Assembly (NCBI GenBank): GCA_010093605.1
Contig: MU004182.1
Span: 715,032 to 779,031, forward strand
DNA from: Lophium mytilinum
Lineage: Eukaryota
Direction: 5' to 3'
DNA length: 64,000 nt
In this document: in pieces, positions 34,122 to 46,707 of the stretch
How positions within the stretch are numbered: the stretch's first letter is position 1
How the letters are laid out: each line of letters starts with the position of its first letter
The notes under the pieces: model-generated
The model's database searches: none
Told to the model about the DNA's origin: nothing
Seen by the model: only the letters and a program-made list of their open reading frames with translations
Made by a program: the position numbers and the translations under genes

Positions 34122-34726
34122 CGTTAGGAGCGAAGCAAAGGGTTGGTGAGACAGGTCGGTGAGTCTGGATTAGGAGTGTTTGGTGGATTTTGTGCTGGGA
34201 TATTCGGGCGATTGATGTGGATGGTAGTGATTTGTTGGTAACACGTTGATCTGGAGTAAGAAGCGGAGACAGGGCGTAGCCATTTTATATGCGGTGAGTA
34301 TATCGAAAACAAAGCTGCCAGCTGAGTGCAAGAAACTCGAGACACACAAAGAGCGGTTTGGTATGGCATCGAAAGCATTGCCCGTACGAGGCAGATTCTC
34401 AAAGAACGTAAGAATGTCTGAGGTTGCAACAAGAGCTCCCTTTTATGTCCAGGTGTGGGAAACAACGATCAACCCCCGATGAACAACGACAGTCCTCGAG
34501 ACAGACAAAATGCAGTCCACGATTTAAAAGTCAAGAGTACAAGCACCTCTCTTTCGAAGAAACGTGCTCCGCCGCGCCCCTGTGGGGCGGAGAAGATTCG
34601 GAGGAGGTAGGTGGAGTAAGCAAGGAATACTTTGGGCTCAACAAGTCAAGTGTAATAATGCGGAGGCACTTCGAGTGGGACTTGAATACAGAATAATATA
34701 CAACCCACAGTATTTTGATGTACAAA

Positions 34727-35662
34727 TCAGATCTTTCCGCCCGTCAAGTCCTCCGCAATCTTTTTCAATCTGTCGTTCATGACATCGTATGTGCCCTTCC
34801 CCTTCTGCCCAGCTTGCACATCGTCCAAAAGCCCTTGTCTGTTCAGCATGTCCCGCACTGTGGGAGGAGCCTCGCTTGCCCAGGGACTTGAGTCCCTGAA
34901 GGTTAACCCGAAAGTCACAGGATTCTCTGGTGTTCCGAAAACCTTGTCAATCGCCTCGTCGAGCTGTTTCTCTGTGGTGATGAAATCCCTCGCCTGCATG
35001 TATAGCGTGTGTAGCGCGTCTAACCTCGCGGCCTCCTTCTTCTGCTGCATTTTTTGGAATCTGGTCCGCCGAATCTCAATATCTTGCTCAATCCATTTCA
35101 GGGGTGGTCGAGCGTCGAGTTTGCCACTCATGTAGTCCATAATATCCTTGCTGACGCTGGGGTTCGTCAGACGTTCGTCGTCGCGCTCGGGCTGGTTGAC
35201 CAGAGCCAAATGCTCCTCTTGCTTCCTAGTAGAAATAGCATCCATCTGTCGATGCGACTCGACCTCGCGTTCGTGTAGCTCCTTTACCGACTGCTTCAAG
35301 TTTCTCCGTCGCGTCTCTGCCAATCGCAACTTATAGTCCTGGTACGCTACATCTTTTCCCTTGTGTTCCCGTATTGTTGATGGCTCCTTCGTTGCAGCGT
35401 TGAGAAACTCGTCCGAAGCCTTTTTCTTATCGCCCCGAGTCCTGAAGATGTTTCGTGGAACTGGGAGGACACCTTTAAGGCGAGGCTTTAGTGGGAAGGT
35501 GGGTTGTACGGGTTTCGGGACTTCGACGTAATTAGGGGATTGAGGACCGAGGGCGAGGACGGCGGGTGCAGATGTGAAGGAGCGCCGTGCAACCGAAGAG
35601 TGCGCATTCAATTGGCATGTTGATGATCGCGAAAGCAGCCCGCGGGCCGTTGATGGAGGCAT
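34727..35662 (-). CDS. Mitochondrial protein, probable small-subunit mitoribosomal mS26
   Basis: Presequence-like N-terminus; GPQSPNYVEVP, KGVLPVPRNIF and LHTLYMQARDFITTE blocks recalled from fungal mS26-like proteins. Confidence 0.6.
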   Translation of the reverse strand: MPPSTARGLLSRSSTCQLNAHSSVARRSFTSAPAVLALGPQSPNYVEVPKPVQPTFPLKPRLKGVLPVPRNIFRTRGDKKKASDEFLNAATKEPSTIREHKGKDVAYQDYKLRLAETRRRNLKQSVKELHEREVESHRQMDAISTRKQEEHLALVNQPERDDERLTNPSVSKDIMDYMSGKLDARPPLKWIEQDIEIRRTRFQKMQQKKEAARLDALHTLYMQARDFITTEKQLDEAIDKVFGTPENPVTFGLTFRDSSPWASEAPPTVRDMLNRQGLLDDVQAGQKGKGTYDVMNDRLKKIAEDLTGGKI

Positions 35663-35842
35663 CGTGACGCTGTGAAAAAGGTTTGGCGGCTGGAAACGCG
35701 GAGGACGGCATGGTGTTGAAGTATTTCGCCAAGGCGCTAGTCGGTCGCCTCGATATTTTTTCGACCTGCAACTTATTCATTCCCCACCACCGACGCTCCT
35801 CTCCACATCTGTCTCGTCGCCGGCGGACAGCACAATTTCAAG

Positions 35843-38187
35843 ATGGGCCAACACAAGAAGGAAGCCAGCCGCAAGGAGCGGCAGGGGAAGGTTGGCGATG
35901 GCATGGCAAATGTCAAGACGAAGGGAGAGAATTTCTACAGGTATGGCAATCGCTGCGTGCCATTGAAGGGGCTTTGCTAAGCATAGAGTAGGACGGCAAA
36001 GCAGGCGAAGACGCTGAACATGTTCACGGGAGGAAAGGCACAGAAGAACGCCAACGGCAAGGTCACCAAAGCAGCCGCATTTCAGAGTCGTGAAACGCCT
36101 GTAGCACGAGTCGAACCGAATCGCAAGTGGTTCAACGCAACCCGAGTAATCTCTCAAGACGCCCTCGAAGCCTTCCGTGGTGCTGTTGCGGCCCAAGCCT
36201 CCGACCCTACCACTTTCCTCTTGAAGCAAAACAAGCTACCTATGAGCTTGATCCGAGATGCGCCACAGTTGAAGGACGGTCTCAAGCAGCATGGAGCCAA
36301 AATCGCAATTGAGTCTGCACCCTTCAAGGATACGTTTGGGCCGAAAATGCAAAGGAAGAGGGTAAAACTTGATGTCAGCTCGTTGGAGGACCTCGCAAAC
36401 AAGTCGGTGGAGATGCACGGCACTTATCTAGAGAGACTGGAACAGGCAAAGCTCCTCAGCGGCACCTCTGGGGAAGTAGAAGAGGGAGGAGAAGGCGACG
36501 ACTTTGGTGACGGCACTCTTAGCCGAGCACGAGAGTCTATCTTCAGCAAAGGACAGTCGAAGAGAATTTGGGTATGCCTCATTTGATCGTTCGTGAATTT
36601 TGCCCTGCTGACATATTGCAGAACGAACTTTACAAGGTCATCGATTCTAGCGATGTGATCCTCCATGTACTGGATGCACGGGACCCTCTAGGTACTCGGT
36701 GTCGTTCCGTCGAAAAGTAAGCAAACTCCCCGGATCAGTTGCCGGGTCAACTTGCTGACACAAATCACAGGTATCTTAGAGAGGAAGCTCCTCATAAGCA
36801 TCTCGTCTTCGTTCTGAACAAAGTCGACTTGGTACCATCTCGCGTCGCAGTGAGTGCTTCCAAGTTTTGTTCCAATCCCCCCTTCCCGCCGATTCGTTCC
36901 CATCGTTAAGTCAAGGCTCCAACCTGCACTCGTTGCAAACATCTATGGATGGAATCTGTTACAACTTTGGGAGATTGATCTTGGCCCGCCGCTCAGAGCC
37001 GTCATGGTAATGGGCTGATTTGGTCACCGTTTTGGTGGTCGGTCGAAAGGGTTGAGAATGATTCGTTCAGAGTTGAGATTCGTCTCTGCCCTCGAGCAGC
37101 TTCATGGCGATTCTCTTAGTAACGTTTCATACATTTCGAAAACACTCTTGTCTCTTCGTTTGCGCCTATTGCTCTACAAAGCTCGAGCTGACATGCGCAA
37201 TAGGCTGCCTGGGTCCGCGCGCTCTCCAAAGAGTTTCCAACGCTCGCCTTCCACGCATCTATGAACAACTCCTTTGGCAAAGGTAGTCTCATTCAAGTCC
37301 TGCGCCAATTCTCCTCCCTCCATTCCGATCGCAAGCAAATTTCCGTCGGTCTCATCGGCTACCCGAACACCGGCAAATCGTCAATCATCAACACTCTGAA
37401 GAAGAAGAAGGTCTGCGTGGTTGCTCCGATTGCGGGCGAAACCAAAGTCTGGCAATATGTCACCCTCATGAAGCGCATTTACATGATCGACTGCCCAGGA
37501 ATCGTGCCTCCCAACAAATCAGACAGTGACGAAGAGCTCCTCCTCCGTGGTGTCGTCCGCATTGAAAACGTCGAACACCCTGCGCAGTACATTGATGCTA
37601 TCCTCTCCCGCTGCCAGCCCCGCCACATCCACCGCACATATAACCTCGAGGGCTATTCCAGCTCGACAGACTTCCTAGAACAGCTGGCGCGGAAGGGCGG
37701 TCGGCTACTGAAAGGTGGTGAGATTGATGAGGATGGTTGCGCGAAGATGGTCATCAATGACTTTTTGAGGGGAAAAATACCGTGGTTCACGCCACCGCCC
37801 ATGCTTGAGGGCGCAGACTCAACGGCACATGGTATCGAGGGTCGTGATGGCAAGCTAGGTGAAATGGGCAAGAAGCGGAAGAGGGACGAGGCAACATCTA
37901 CTATTGCCGATGACGATACCACCGTTCAAGACTCCGAGCTGCGCGACGTTGACGCCTCAGAGGACGACGACGAGTTCGAAGGCTTTGACGATGCTAATGG
38001 CGGTGTCACCGTGGATGGGGATGCCGAGTCCGACGTTGAATCAGATGAGGTGGATGCCGATGAGGCAACCAGCCTGGTGCTGGGTGCCGACGCTGTGTCG
38101 GCTGAGGACGATGCGGAGGTGGAGGAAGAGGTTCAGGTTATCACACAAGCGTTGGCCAACGCACGGAAGCGCAGGCGGAAGGAGTAG
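35843..38187 (+). CDS. NOG2: Nucleolar GTP-binding protein 2 (pre-60S GTPase)
   Basis: [62 protein letters not shown] (G1); DCPG (G3); circularly permuted GTPase order. Confidence 0.96.
36897..37136 (+). ncRNA. snR191: Intronic box H/ACA snoRNA, snR191 homologue (LSU rRNA helix 69 pseudouridine guide)
   Basis: Inside the 354-bp NOG2 intron (36850-37203). Hairpin 1 pocket AGTCA (36909) / GTTAC (36958) and hairpin 2 pocket AGAGT (37069) / TAGT (37117) complement GUAACUAUGACUCU. ACA at 37131 lies 14 nt from the pocket and is followed by TTT. Confidence 0.88.
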
Positions 38188-38399
38188 CAACGTCGTCACG
38201 TATATAGATGAGCAAATGCAACATGATACCCTTTCAACCCAACTTCATATTAGAGACGCCACTCAGTCTTTTTCTGCATTTTTAGACCCAGATCATTTCG
38301 ACGCACAGTACATTAGAATTGTAAGGACCAGCCGTCTCTATAATTCGCCCGTTTAATCCGTAACTAAAATCCATTTGATTAAGCTACTAGCACCACCCG

Positions 38400-39110
38400 A
38401 ATAAACGTCCAAGCCGGAAGCCCCCCAGGCGTAAGGCTGTAAAAGTGTTAAATGCTTACGCATCTAGATACTACACCCAGGTCTCTAAGCACCACCTTGG
38501 TATTCGCGTATAATACTATAGTATAGAAGTGTATATGATAGCTTCTAAGTTCTAGGTCTCTATAAGAGCCTAGGCGAAAGACAGTCTAATCGGCTTGTAG
38601 CATCTAGCGCCCTGTTCCCGTTATCTTTTGGTCGGGAGGTGGATTACACGTTAGGTTTTCTTTTTTTGCAATCTCCTCATTTTAGGCCGGTGGGTAGGGC
38701 TTAGGGTAAGTTCTATTTTTATTTATCTCTTCTTCCTATCGGCAGGCGAGGTAGCTACGCTCTGCTCTTTTCCTATATTAGGGAAGGGGGCAGTAGTATA
38801 GATGTGCCCCCTTATATCTCCCCTCTTCTACATCGTGGCTCTTGACTAGGCTGGGCAGGTGCCGAGATATAAGCTGGTCGAGAAGTAACTTAAGTCCTAG
38901 CTGAACGCCTTGCTTCTATTCTGCTAGATGATAAGCGCGAGAGGTTATGCCGTTGGAGAGGACTCGCGCAGTGTGGATCGCGATTAGAGTATAGTGGGTG
39001 CATGGTGAAGGACCTGTTAAGGAGATAGAGGGAGAAAGTCGTAGAGGAGCGAGGTGTGGGGGCGAGGTGTAGGAGCGAGGGGGGACCGGCTCTTATATAG
39101 CAGAATTATT
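38400..39110. mobile_element. TpA-rich, probably RIP-degraded repeat or transposon relic
   Basis: Dense TpA (e.g. gtataatactatagtatagaag) and no long ORFs; element class not identifiable. Confidence 0.35.
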
Positions 39111-39727
39111 CTGACGCCAAGGCAATAGTAGTTGGCGTGGAAAGTCGTGGAAGACTTTGATGCGTTTCCAAGGCAAAGTGGGACATTTCAATGGTGTCGG
39201 GAGGAAGTGAGACGGCTTAATGGAGTCGCGGATAGACGCGGGCAGGTCCAACGTCTTCACGCGAGAGTCGGATGCGACGCCTAGGGAGGGCAATGGGATG
39301 CCTCATCGCAAGTGTTATAGACATGTAATATACTATATACTAGAATAAGCATGGGGTAGAGGTAAGAGGAGCGGGCGGAGGAGCAGGGGGTAAGAACTGC
39401 GGCGTTCGCAGTTCCATAACCTGTCATATATTACCTCCCTCGCTCGCAATAAGAAATTGGCAAAATCCGGCCGTCGCAGCATATATCTCATAATCAATGA
39501 GCGAAGTGACCTACACGATAGCCAAGACGGGTATGATGGGCACGATGGGCACGATGGCGCCAAAACAAAAAGACTGCCGCAAACGCAGTCTGGCGCTTTG
39601 GCTAACAATCTGAAATGCGCATATATCAAGGCTGCGAGGTCTACGCTGGCTACTTTACTCTCGCATCTCACTCCAGCATCATTCTCTTAATCTTGCAAAC
39701 ACGGCTTAAGTTCCTATACTCATAAAG

Positions 39728-41704
39728 ATGCATTCCTTAAGATTGGGCTTACTACCGCTCCTCCAAACATTCTTCCACATCTCCTCAATCCTCTGCTCTA
39801 CCCAAGGCCATCACACAACCTGCAAAGCGACACCAAACGACGCATCCTGGCCCAGTATCTCCCAATGGACCTCCCTCAACCGAACACTCTCCGGGCGCTT
39901 GTTGAATGTTCTCCCACCTGCATCCGCCTGCCACACCTCCTACCCAGGCTCCAATGACACCTGCACCATGATTGCGGCTTCATGGTCTACTTTCGCCTTC
40001 CACCAGGACAACCCAGTCAGCACAGCGTGGAACAATATGAACAGCGATTCCTGTCTCCCAGACCCATCTGCGCCGTGCAGTGGGCTAGGATACCCGGTCT
40101 ATGTAGTCAATGCGTCGTCGGCGAATGATGTCCAACTCACGATAAACTTCGCGCGGGAGAACAATGTGAGATTGAATATCAAGGCGTCAGGGCATGATTA
40201 CCTAAAACGGTAAGTTGATCCACCTCGGTGATTCGAAATCGAGTTTTTGGGGGTAAGGGAAATCTGATTTGAGAAATAGCACTTCGGCACCGTACTCGCT
40301 CTCAGTCTGGACGAGATACATGGTCGGTGGATACGAATATCACGACGAGTTCCAGCCAAAGGGTTGCGAGACCACTATCAACACTACGGCCGTGACAGCC
40401 GGTGCGGCGTCGTACGTCAGTGATATATACTACCACCTTAACTTGCGTAACCAGACAGTCGTCGATGGGATGGGGCCGGAAGTCACTATGGGCGGGTATC
40501 TTACTGGCGGTGGCCACAGTCCGATCTCGAACATCTACGGACTGGGTTCTGATCAGGTATATGAGGTTGAGATGGTGACACCCGCAGGCGAAATCATCAC
40601 AGCGAACGAGTGTCAGAACACAGACCTATTTTGGGCTGTTCGAGGAGTGTGTGCCGATTTCCCTATGAAGTTTTGGAGGGGAGGCTGACCATTTCAGGGC
40701 GGGGGAGGCACATTCGGAGTCCTGACGAAAGTCACTGTCCGGACAATCCCATCTACCCCAATCGGGGTATACAGCTTCAAGCTCCAAACAGAGCCAAACT
40801 CAACGGTTTACTGGGACATTGTGGCATACCTTCTAGCTCAATTTCCCACCCTTTCTGCCGCTAACGTCTCGGCGTATACATATATCTACCCCAACGTTAG
40901 CGCCGACGAGCTTGGAAAGCATGTGGCATCGTTTGAAGGAGTCTTCGCCTTGCTCGAGCCTACGTCGCCCACTGCGTTGGAGGATATATGGGCACCTTTC
41001 TGGGCTCATGTCAACGAGACGTATCCTAATCAAACAGTTACTCGAACGACATCGGCCGTCTTCCCGAACCTCTACAGCATGTTTCTCGTGTATGCCGATG
41101 ATGGCGGAGCAGGAGTCGACAAGGTGGTTGGATCGCGGCTACTGCCCCCAGAAATTTTGACAGATGATGCTTTCAGCGATGCTCTGATAAGGTTTCTCGG
41201 AGATTCTGGGGGGAGGTTATATATGGTGTCTGGTAATGGTGTCTGGGACGCGGAACCAAGAGGTGGTAGTGATGCGGTCAACCCGGCCTGGAGGAAGGCA
41301 TTAATCCATGCTGGTAAGTCAAGCTGGTCTGTTTTTGCGTCGGGAACCAATGATTCTGATACCTTACAGTGACTACCCAGAGCTGGGCACCTCACAATGA
41401 AGCCCAGCAAGCAATTGTTGAGCATGACATTGATAAGGTCCAAACCGAAGCTTTCCGGCAATTGGTTCCTGACTCGGGAGCTTATCTCAATGAGGTATGC
41501 CATTTCAGCCTGTCTGTGGAGCAATAACTAACGGATTAGGCCTATTGGAACGAACCCAACTTTCAGCAAGCATTCTGGGGATCTAATTACGAAAGACTGC
41601 TGCAGATCAAGAAGGTTGTTGATCCCGATGATGTATTTTGGTGTCATGTTTGTGTTGGGAGTGAGGGGTGGGCTGAGGTTGGACATTCTCTGTGTCGAGT
41701 TTAA
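39728..41704 (+). CDS. Secreted FAD-linked oxidoreductase (BBE-like/VAO family)
   Basis: Signal peptide; KASGHDY (covalent-FAD His), GGYLTGGGHSP, DLFWAVRG-GGGGTFG, GAYLNEA and AFWGSNYERLLQIKKVVDP BBE motif; about 4 introns. Confidence 0.92.
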
Positions 41705-42437
41705 TCAGGGAGGGAAAGGCGCCAATCTCCCGTTTTCTGTTGCACAGTAAATTCTCGATGAGGCTCCCTATGGTGCTAGAAGGTTGCCGCGGGAGGAATA
41801 GGTAACGGGTCGAACCTAGCTGTCCTGGGTGAATCTGTCAAATAGAAAGAAATGAAGTTGACATACTGTGTCTCCCAAAGTCCATCCCGCCACACCCCAC
41901 GAAGGGTACATCCTTCATCTTCAACGAGCCTAACTGTCTCTTCACCATGACTACCTCATCGCTAACAGAAGTAGCGCCTATCTCGTCATGGATATTGGTT
42001 GAAGTGTGGTACGGAACGGAGGCGAGGGGAACCGTGTGATCTCCGATGTGGTACCAGATGTGGAGAGGATATAGGCCAAGCTTCAATTAAGTGGAATACA
42101 AAGGATTGATAGTGAATACGGGAGTTTTGAAGAAAGTGCTTGGGTGGCCGAGGTAGCATGCGGCCGTCTCTGCGGCCGATGGCTTCAACATAATAAATCC
42201 ACATGTAAATACCTTTCTCATGTTTCTTAGCATCCCAAAATGCATTAAACTACCATGTGATTATTATCCAAAGCCACTCCGTTAGCTCCTTCGACCTCAT
42301 TCTTCATGATGCCTCGTGAGAGTAAAGTATCGTGATGTCGTAATAGTCGTGTTCAAGGACCGAAAGCGCCAAAAAGAATACCTACTCCAAACCGGAACTC
42401 CCAGATCACCATCATTAGTCATGGGTTCGTACGACCA

Positions 42438-44004
42438 TCAGGTTTGGAAGAACTCCGGGTCATCGTTCATCTTCTTCTCGAGGTCCTCGAGCGTACCCTT
42501 CAGCTGGTCTTTTCCAAATATATGTTCGGATTCGCGGCCTTTGCAGTATCGTTCGAAGATGTCTTGGCTGAATAGCGGGAGTCAGCTTGGCCACTGCTAG
42601 ATAGTACATGGTATCCCAAAGATTCGGATTCGATCGGAAAGGCCTTACGTATGCTGATACCAAGTCTTCTCAAACTTCTTTCCCGCTCTGTAACTCTCCG
42701 CCTCGATGGGCCTTCCCTCATTCTCAAACCTCACTTGACCAACACTCCCAAACGAAGTGGCCAGGCCTTTTGCAACCGCTGACACATCTCTCTTGATCAT
42801 ACGGTCCACCTTGATGGTCAAGACAGCAAGATTGAGCTCGCGCATGCAATCTTGAAGCGTAAGACGCCAGAAGTGCTGTAGAGGCAGCATTGGCGGTTCG
42901 AACAGTTCGAAGACCTGGTTCGGTGTATAGAAGCGTGCGACATGAATCATGGAGTATCGGCCAAACGAGACAGAGAGCTTGCGAAGCTCGCTGCGGTTGA
43001 TCGGCCCAAGTTGAAGCAGGAATGTGGTTAGGTGCTGCGTTGCGAAGTGGAAGGTCGTCGTGCGGAAGAACCATGGGGTGACGTGGCAGTTGATGGAACG
43101 GGAGAGGGTCAGGAGTTTGGCGACAGAGACTGTACAGCGGATTAGTCGTATTACGATGCCGGCTACGGAGAGAAAGAAAGCGAGGTTAGCATGAACGGTA
43201 AATGTGTCGTAGTAATTGAAATAGCAAGGGAAAACTCAGCAAAGATTCGTGTCATGGTAATAGTACACAGGGAAAGTAAATCTGAAAACGTGTGTTGTGA
43301 CCGCAGATTGACCCCACACGGAGGAATAGCTTACCATTCTCTACCATCGGGCGTTGTACCTCTTTCATTTGACGAGAAAGGTGTGGCCTCACCCCATCCA
43401 CATTTCCCATCGCAAACTCAAATATCCACTGTTGCAACTCGATAGGAAGCAATGTGAACTTATTGAACAGTGGGCGCACAGTGACAGGGAATCCATCGGA
43501 TGCAAGGCTGCGTGGGCTGCTTGTAACGGGACCATGGCGATTCTGCTTCTTAGCTCGCGCCTGATACTTCCGATGCTGTCGTAGAAACCAAGATCGCTCA
43601 TCCTCCCACCCAGCCCCGCAGCGGATTATCATGCGGTACTTGAATTGATTAGGTAGAGCGAAGAGTCGTACCACTATAGTGACGGCCGTTGTCTCGCCAT
43701 GAGGGAGGAGCTCGCATATTACCGCTTCTCCCAAGGCGTAGGGCTTCTTGGAGTGGTAATCTGGCTCTCTTGGTGATATCTTCCCGGAGAAGCTGCAGTT
43801 TGCGCGCCGATATAAGGACCAGCTTTCCAAGTGCTCGATGAAGTTTCGGCGGGCTTGGTTGATAGATATCGGGGTCTCTGACTTCCTAGGGGACCTGGAC
43901 TTGGGCGACACTGTTGTGCTCCCTGGAGATCGTGACTTGCTCTTAGGAGTTACTGGGAACCCTCGGCGTGAGACCGGGGTGCTTGGTGTAGTTGAGGCCC
44001 CCAT
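42438..44004 (-). CDS. Fungal hypothetical protein with an F-box-like (2EXR-type) motif
   Basis: FNKFTLLPIELQQWIFEFA motif. Downstream exons read LLTLSRSIN...FRTTTFHF...FLLQLGPINRSELRKL; last exon spliced in frame to TGA at 42438. Confidence 0.6.
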
Positions 44005-45041
44005 GATGACACGTGTGTCGGAGCTCTCGGGATCAATGATGAAGACAGGCCAGGTGAGGATGAGGCTCGAAATTTAAAGCCGGGTGAAGTCAGGTTACGA
44101 GAACTGAAGGTGGATCGTCGTTCCCGAGCGAACTTGTAAAGTTCGCGAACGCAGGAGCAGCGTTAAAGTAGCTGCTACCTAATGGTACTGGGCGCTCACT
44201 CCTCATGGAGCGCTTTGAAGTCCGCAATATGACGGAGAGCTATACTTCTGACAAGTGAGCCAGAAATGAGGTTGATGGCGAACGTCGCGAACTGCTGTGA
44301 ACCGCTCGTCGTCATGCGTCCATCAAACTTTGAGTCGCCAGCTGGGCGAAGCTGATGGTCGTTCAGACAAGAAGAAGGTGCAGCAGCTATCAGTTTTCTG
44401 AATAGAGAGGAGGGCTCTTACTCTTTGTAAAGCTCCTAGTTGCAGCTGAAGGGTGTAGGGTTTAGTAGGCAGCGCTGCGCTGCCTTAGAGTGGCCAGTGC
44501 GGGACCGCGCTTAAAGTTGCGCTAGTCTCTATTGGGTCGATGTACCAATAATATCACCTTCATTCACTATTCTACGAATCCAAATCAAACTAACAGGCTC
44601 TTGTACAGTGCTCCAAATCTCACTAGAAGGCTGTTCTAGGTGATTGCTGTTCTAGGTAGCTCTTGGGCTTCTTCTAGTGAGGAGCTGCAATTGATTCAAT
44701 AAGCCCTCAATATATGCACTTGCCGCTACTCAGACTGCTTCAATTAGATTTTGAACAAAGTGCATAAGGGGCAGTGCCTTTTGAGTATTATGGCACTTGG
44801 TTAAGACAGTCTATGAGAAGCGCAGCCGATGGCTCTTTAGATAGAATAACAGCTACCATATTCGACCTCCAATTCCTCAAAAACGGCGCAAGCCTGCTCT
44901 TTCTCGCTATATACCAAGCACGCTATTTAATGGGTTGGAAATATGTCGCAAATAACATTGAATCACCATGGTTCATGTCACTGTACCCGATGTCTCATCT
45001 CCCAAGTGAGGGGTTGTTGCGTTCAAATGCCTTGAGGTGGC

Positions 45042-46707
45042 TTAAAGCTTCCCCCATGTATGGGCTGGTACCTTTGATCTCTCAAACGGCCCGTCATATA
45101 TCTGGGACTCTAAAGCCTTCGTATTTACCTATACAGTCGTTAGCTAGGAGTTGATAGGCAGTCGTAGTGATGAGTGACTTACATGAGCCACACCCAGATC
45201 ATGGACCTTCTCGACACCTAGCAACCTCATCGCCGTCTCAGTCTCTTCCGTGAGGACTACGAACGCATCAGCAAATCGGTACCAGTCCCGTCATTCTTGA
45301 AATGCTTACTTTGAAGTGTCCTTTCCACCCCCCCTTGACCTCCAGCGCCCAAGCCCCAGAGCGCCGCTCTTCCTACGCCCACGCCCTTAGCACCCAAAGC
45401 GAGGGCTTTCACAACGTCAGTTCCTCGCTTCACACCGCCGTCGACGAGAACATCCAGCTTCGCGAACACTTCCGGACAGTGTTTCCGGATCTCAAGTAGC
45501 GTATGTACAGCTGGCGGCGCTGTGTCAAGCGCTCTACCGCCATGGTTCGAAAGCAGGATCCCCCGCACCCGCGGCGCAAAAGTCGACGCAATAAATGCGT
45601 CCTCATGCGTCTGAATGCCTTTGAGCACAATCGGCAAGTGAGTCTGACGCGCCAGCCATTCCAACGTCTTCTTCCAAGTAAGCATAGAGCTAGTACCCCA
45701 ATACTGCTCCTGCTTGACACCATTGACCACGGGCGCTTCCTGATACTTGAACCGCTCGTCGATCTCGCGTTTGCCAGGGAACGGTGCGTCAAGAGTCAAG
45801 ACAATGAACTTAATAGCCTTGAGTTTACTGACACGGGCGATATTAGCCTCATTCTTCGCGTTGTCTTTCTCCACATAGAGCTGCCAGCCGAAGACTTGAT
45901 CTTGTGGCGCATCGCGGACGATGTCGTCAGGGGTGAGCGACGCATTTTGAGAGATGATATATAAGGCTCCGAATTTCGCGCATGCAGCAGCGATTCCTCT
46001 CTCGCCAGATGGGTGGGCGAGACGCGCTGCAGCTGCTGGTGAGACGAATACAGGAACTTTGAGGCGGTTGCCGAGGATTTGCGTGCTCATATCGCATCTT
46101 GAGCAGTCTACGAACACCCTGGGGCGCAGTAAGATGGAGCGGTAAGCTTGAGTGTTGAGTGCTTTGGTGAGCTGGTCATCGCTTGCTCCATAGTAGTACG
46201 CCCATGACTTTGGTTTAATGTTCTTCGTAGCGAGTTCTTCGATTTCATCCAGGTTCAGTAAAGAGTCTAGAGAAGGTGAGGCATTCTCCTCTGGCGAAAC
46301 GGATAGTGTCTCTTTGGTGATCTCTTTTGCTTCAATGATGATTGGCCCCAGCAAGGCTTCAGGCTTGAGGCTGTTCAGAGTCCCAGGGGGGTGAATCGGA
46401 TCGTAATCTTCCGTAGCGTCTCGGCCGGCAAGCCTTAGAATCGCTTGGGAGCCTCCTGGATGGGTTGGTAGAAGCCCCGTTACCTATGTAAGGTTAGAAT
46501 AGTACTGTATTGAGTTTGCGAAAGGCGAAATCAAATTGAAGCAGGTGTCGTACGTCGTACACATTGCCATAGAGGGTAACCCAACAGCTTTCTGGGGTAT
46601 TGTGCTTCCTAACTGTTTGAATATCAGCGACTGCAAAAATCCGAGGAGACATTCTTACCTTCCGCTGGAGCGATTGGCTTCAGCTCCACCCGCTCAGACC
46701 CGGCCAT
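45042..46707 (-). CDS. Flavocytochrome b2-like FMN-dependent alpha-hydroxy acid dehydrogenase with cytochrome b5 domain
   Basis: HNTPESCWV and HPGGSQ (b5 haem motif); [26 protein letters not shown] and GVGRA motifs; ends HTWGKL*. Confidence 0.92.

Noticed and set aside
41795..41835. GGTTCGACCC on the - strand as a tRNA T-loop
   Set aside because: No T-stem pairing or cloverleaf.
41838..42204. Short - strand ORFs downstream of the BBE-like oxidase
   Set aside because: Fragmentary, with no identifiable family; cannot be distinguished from chance.
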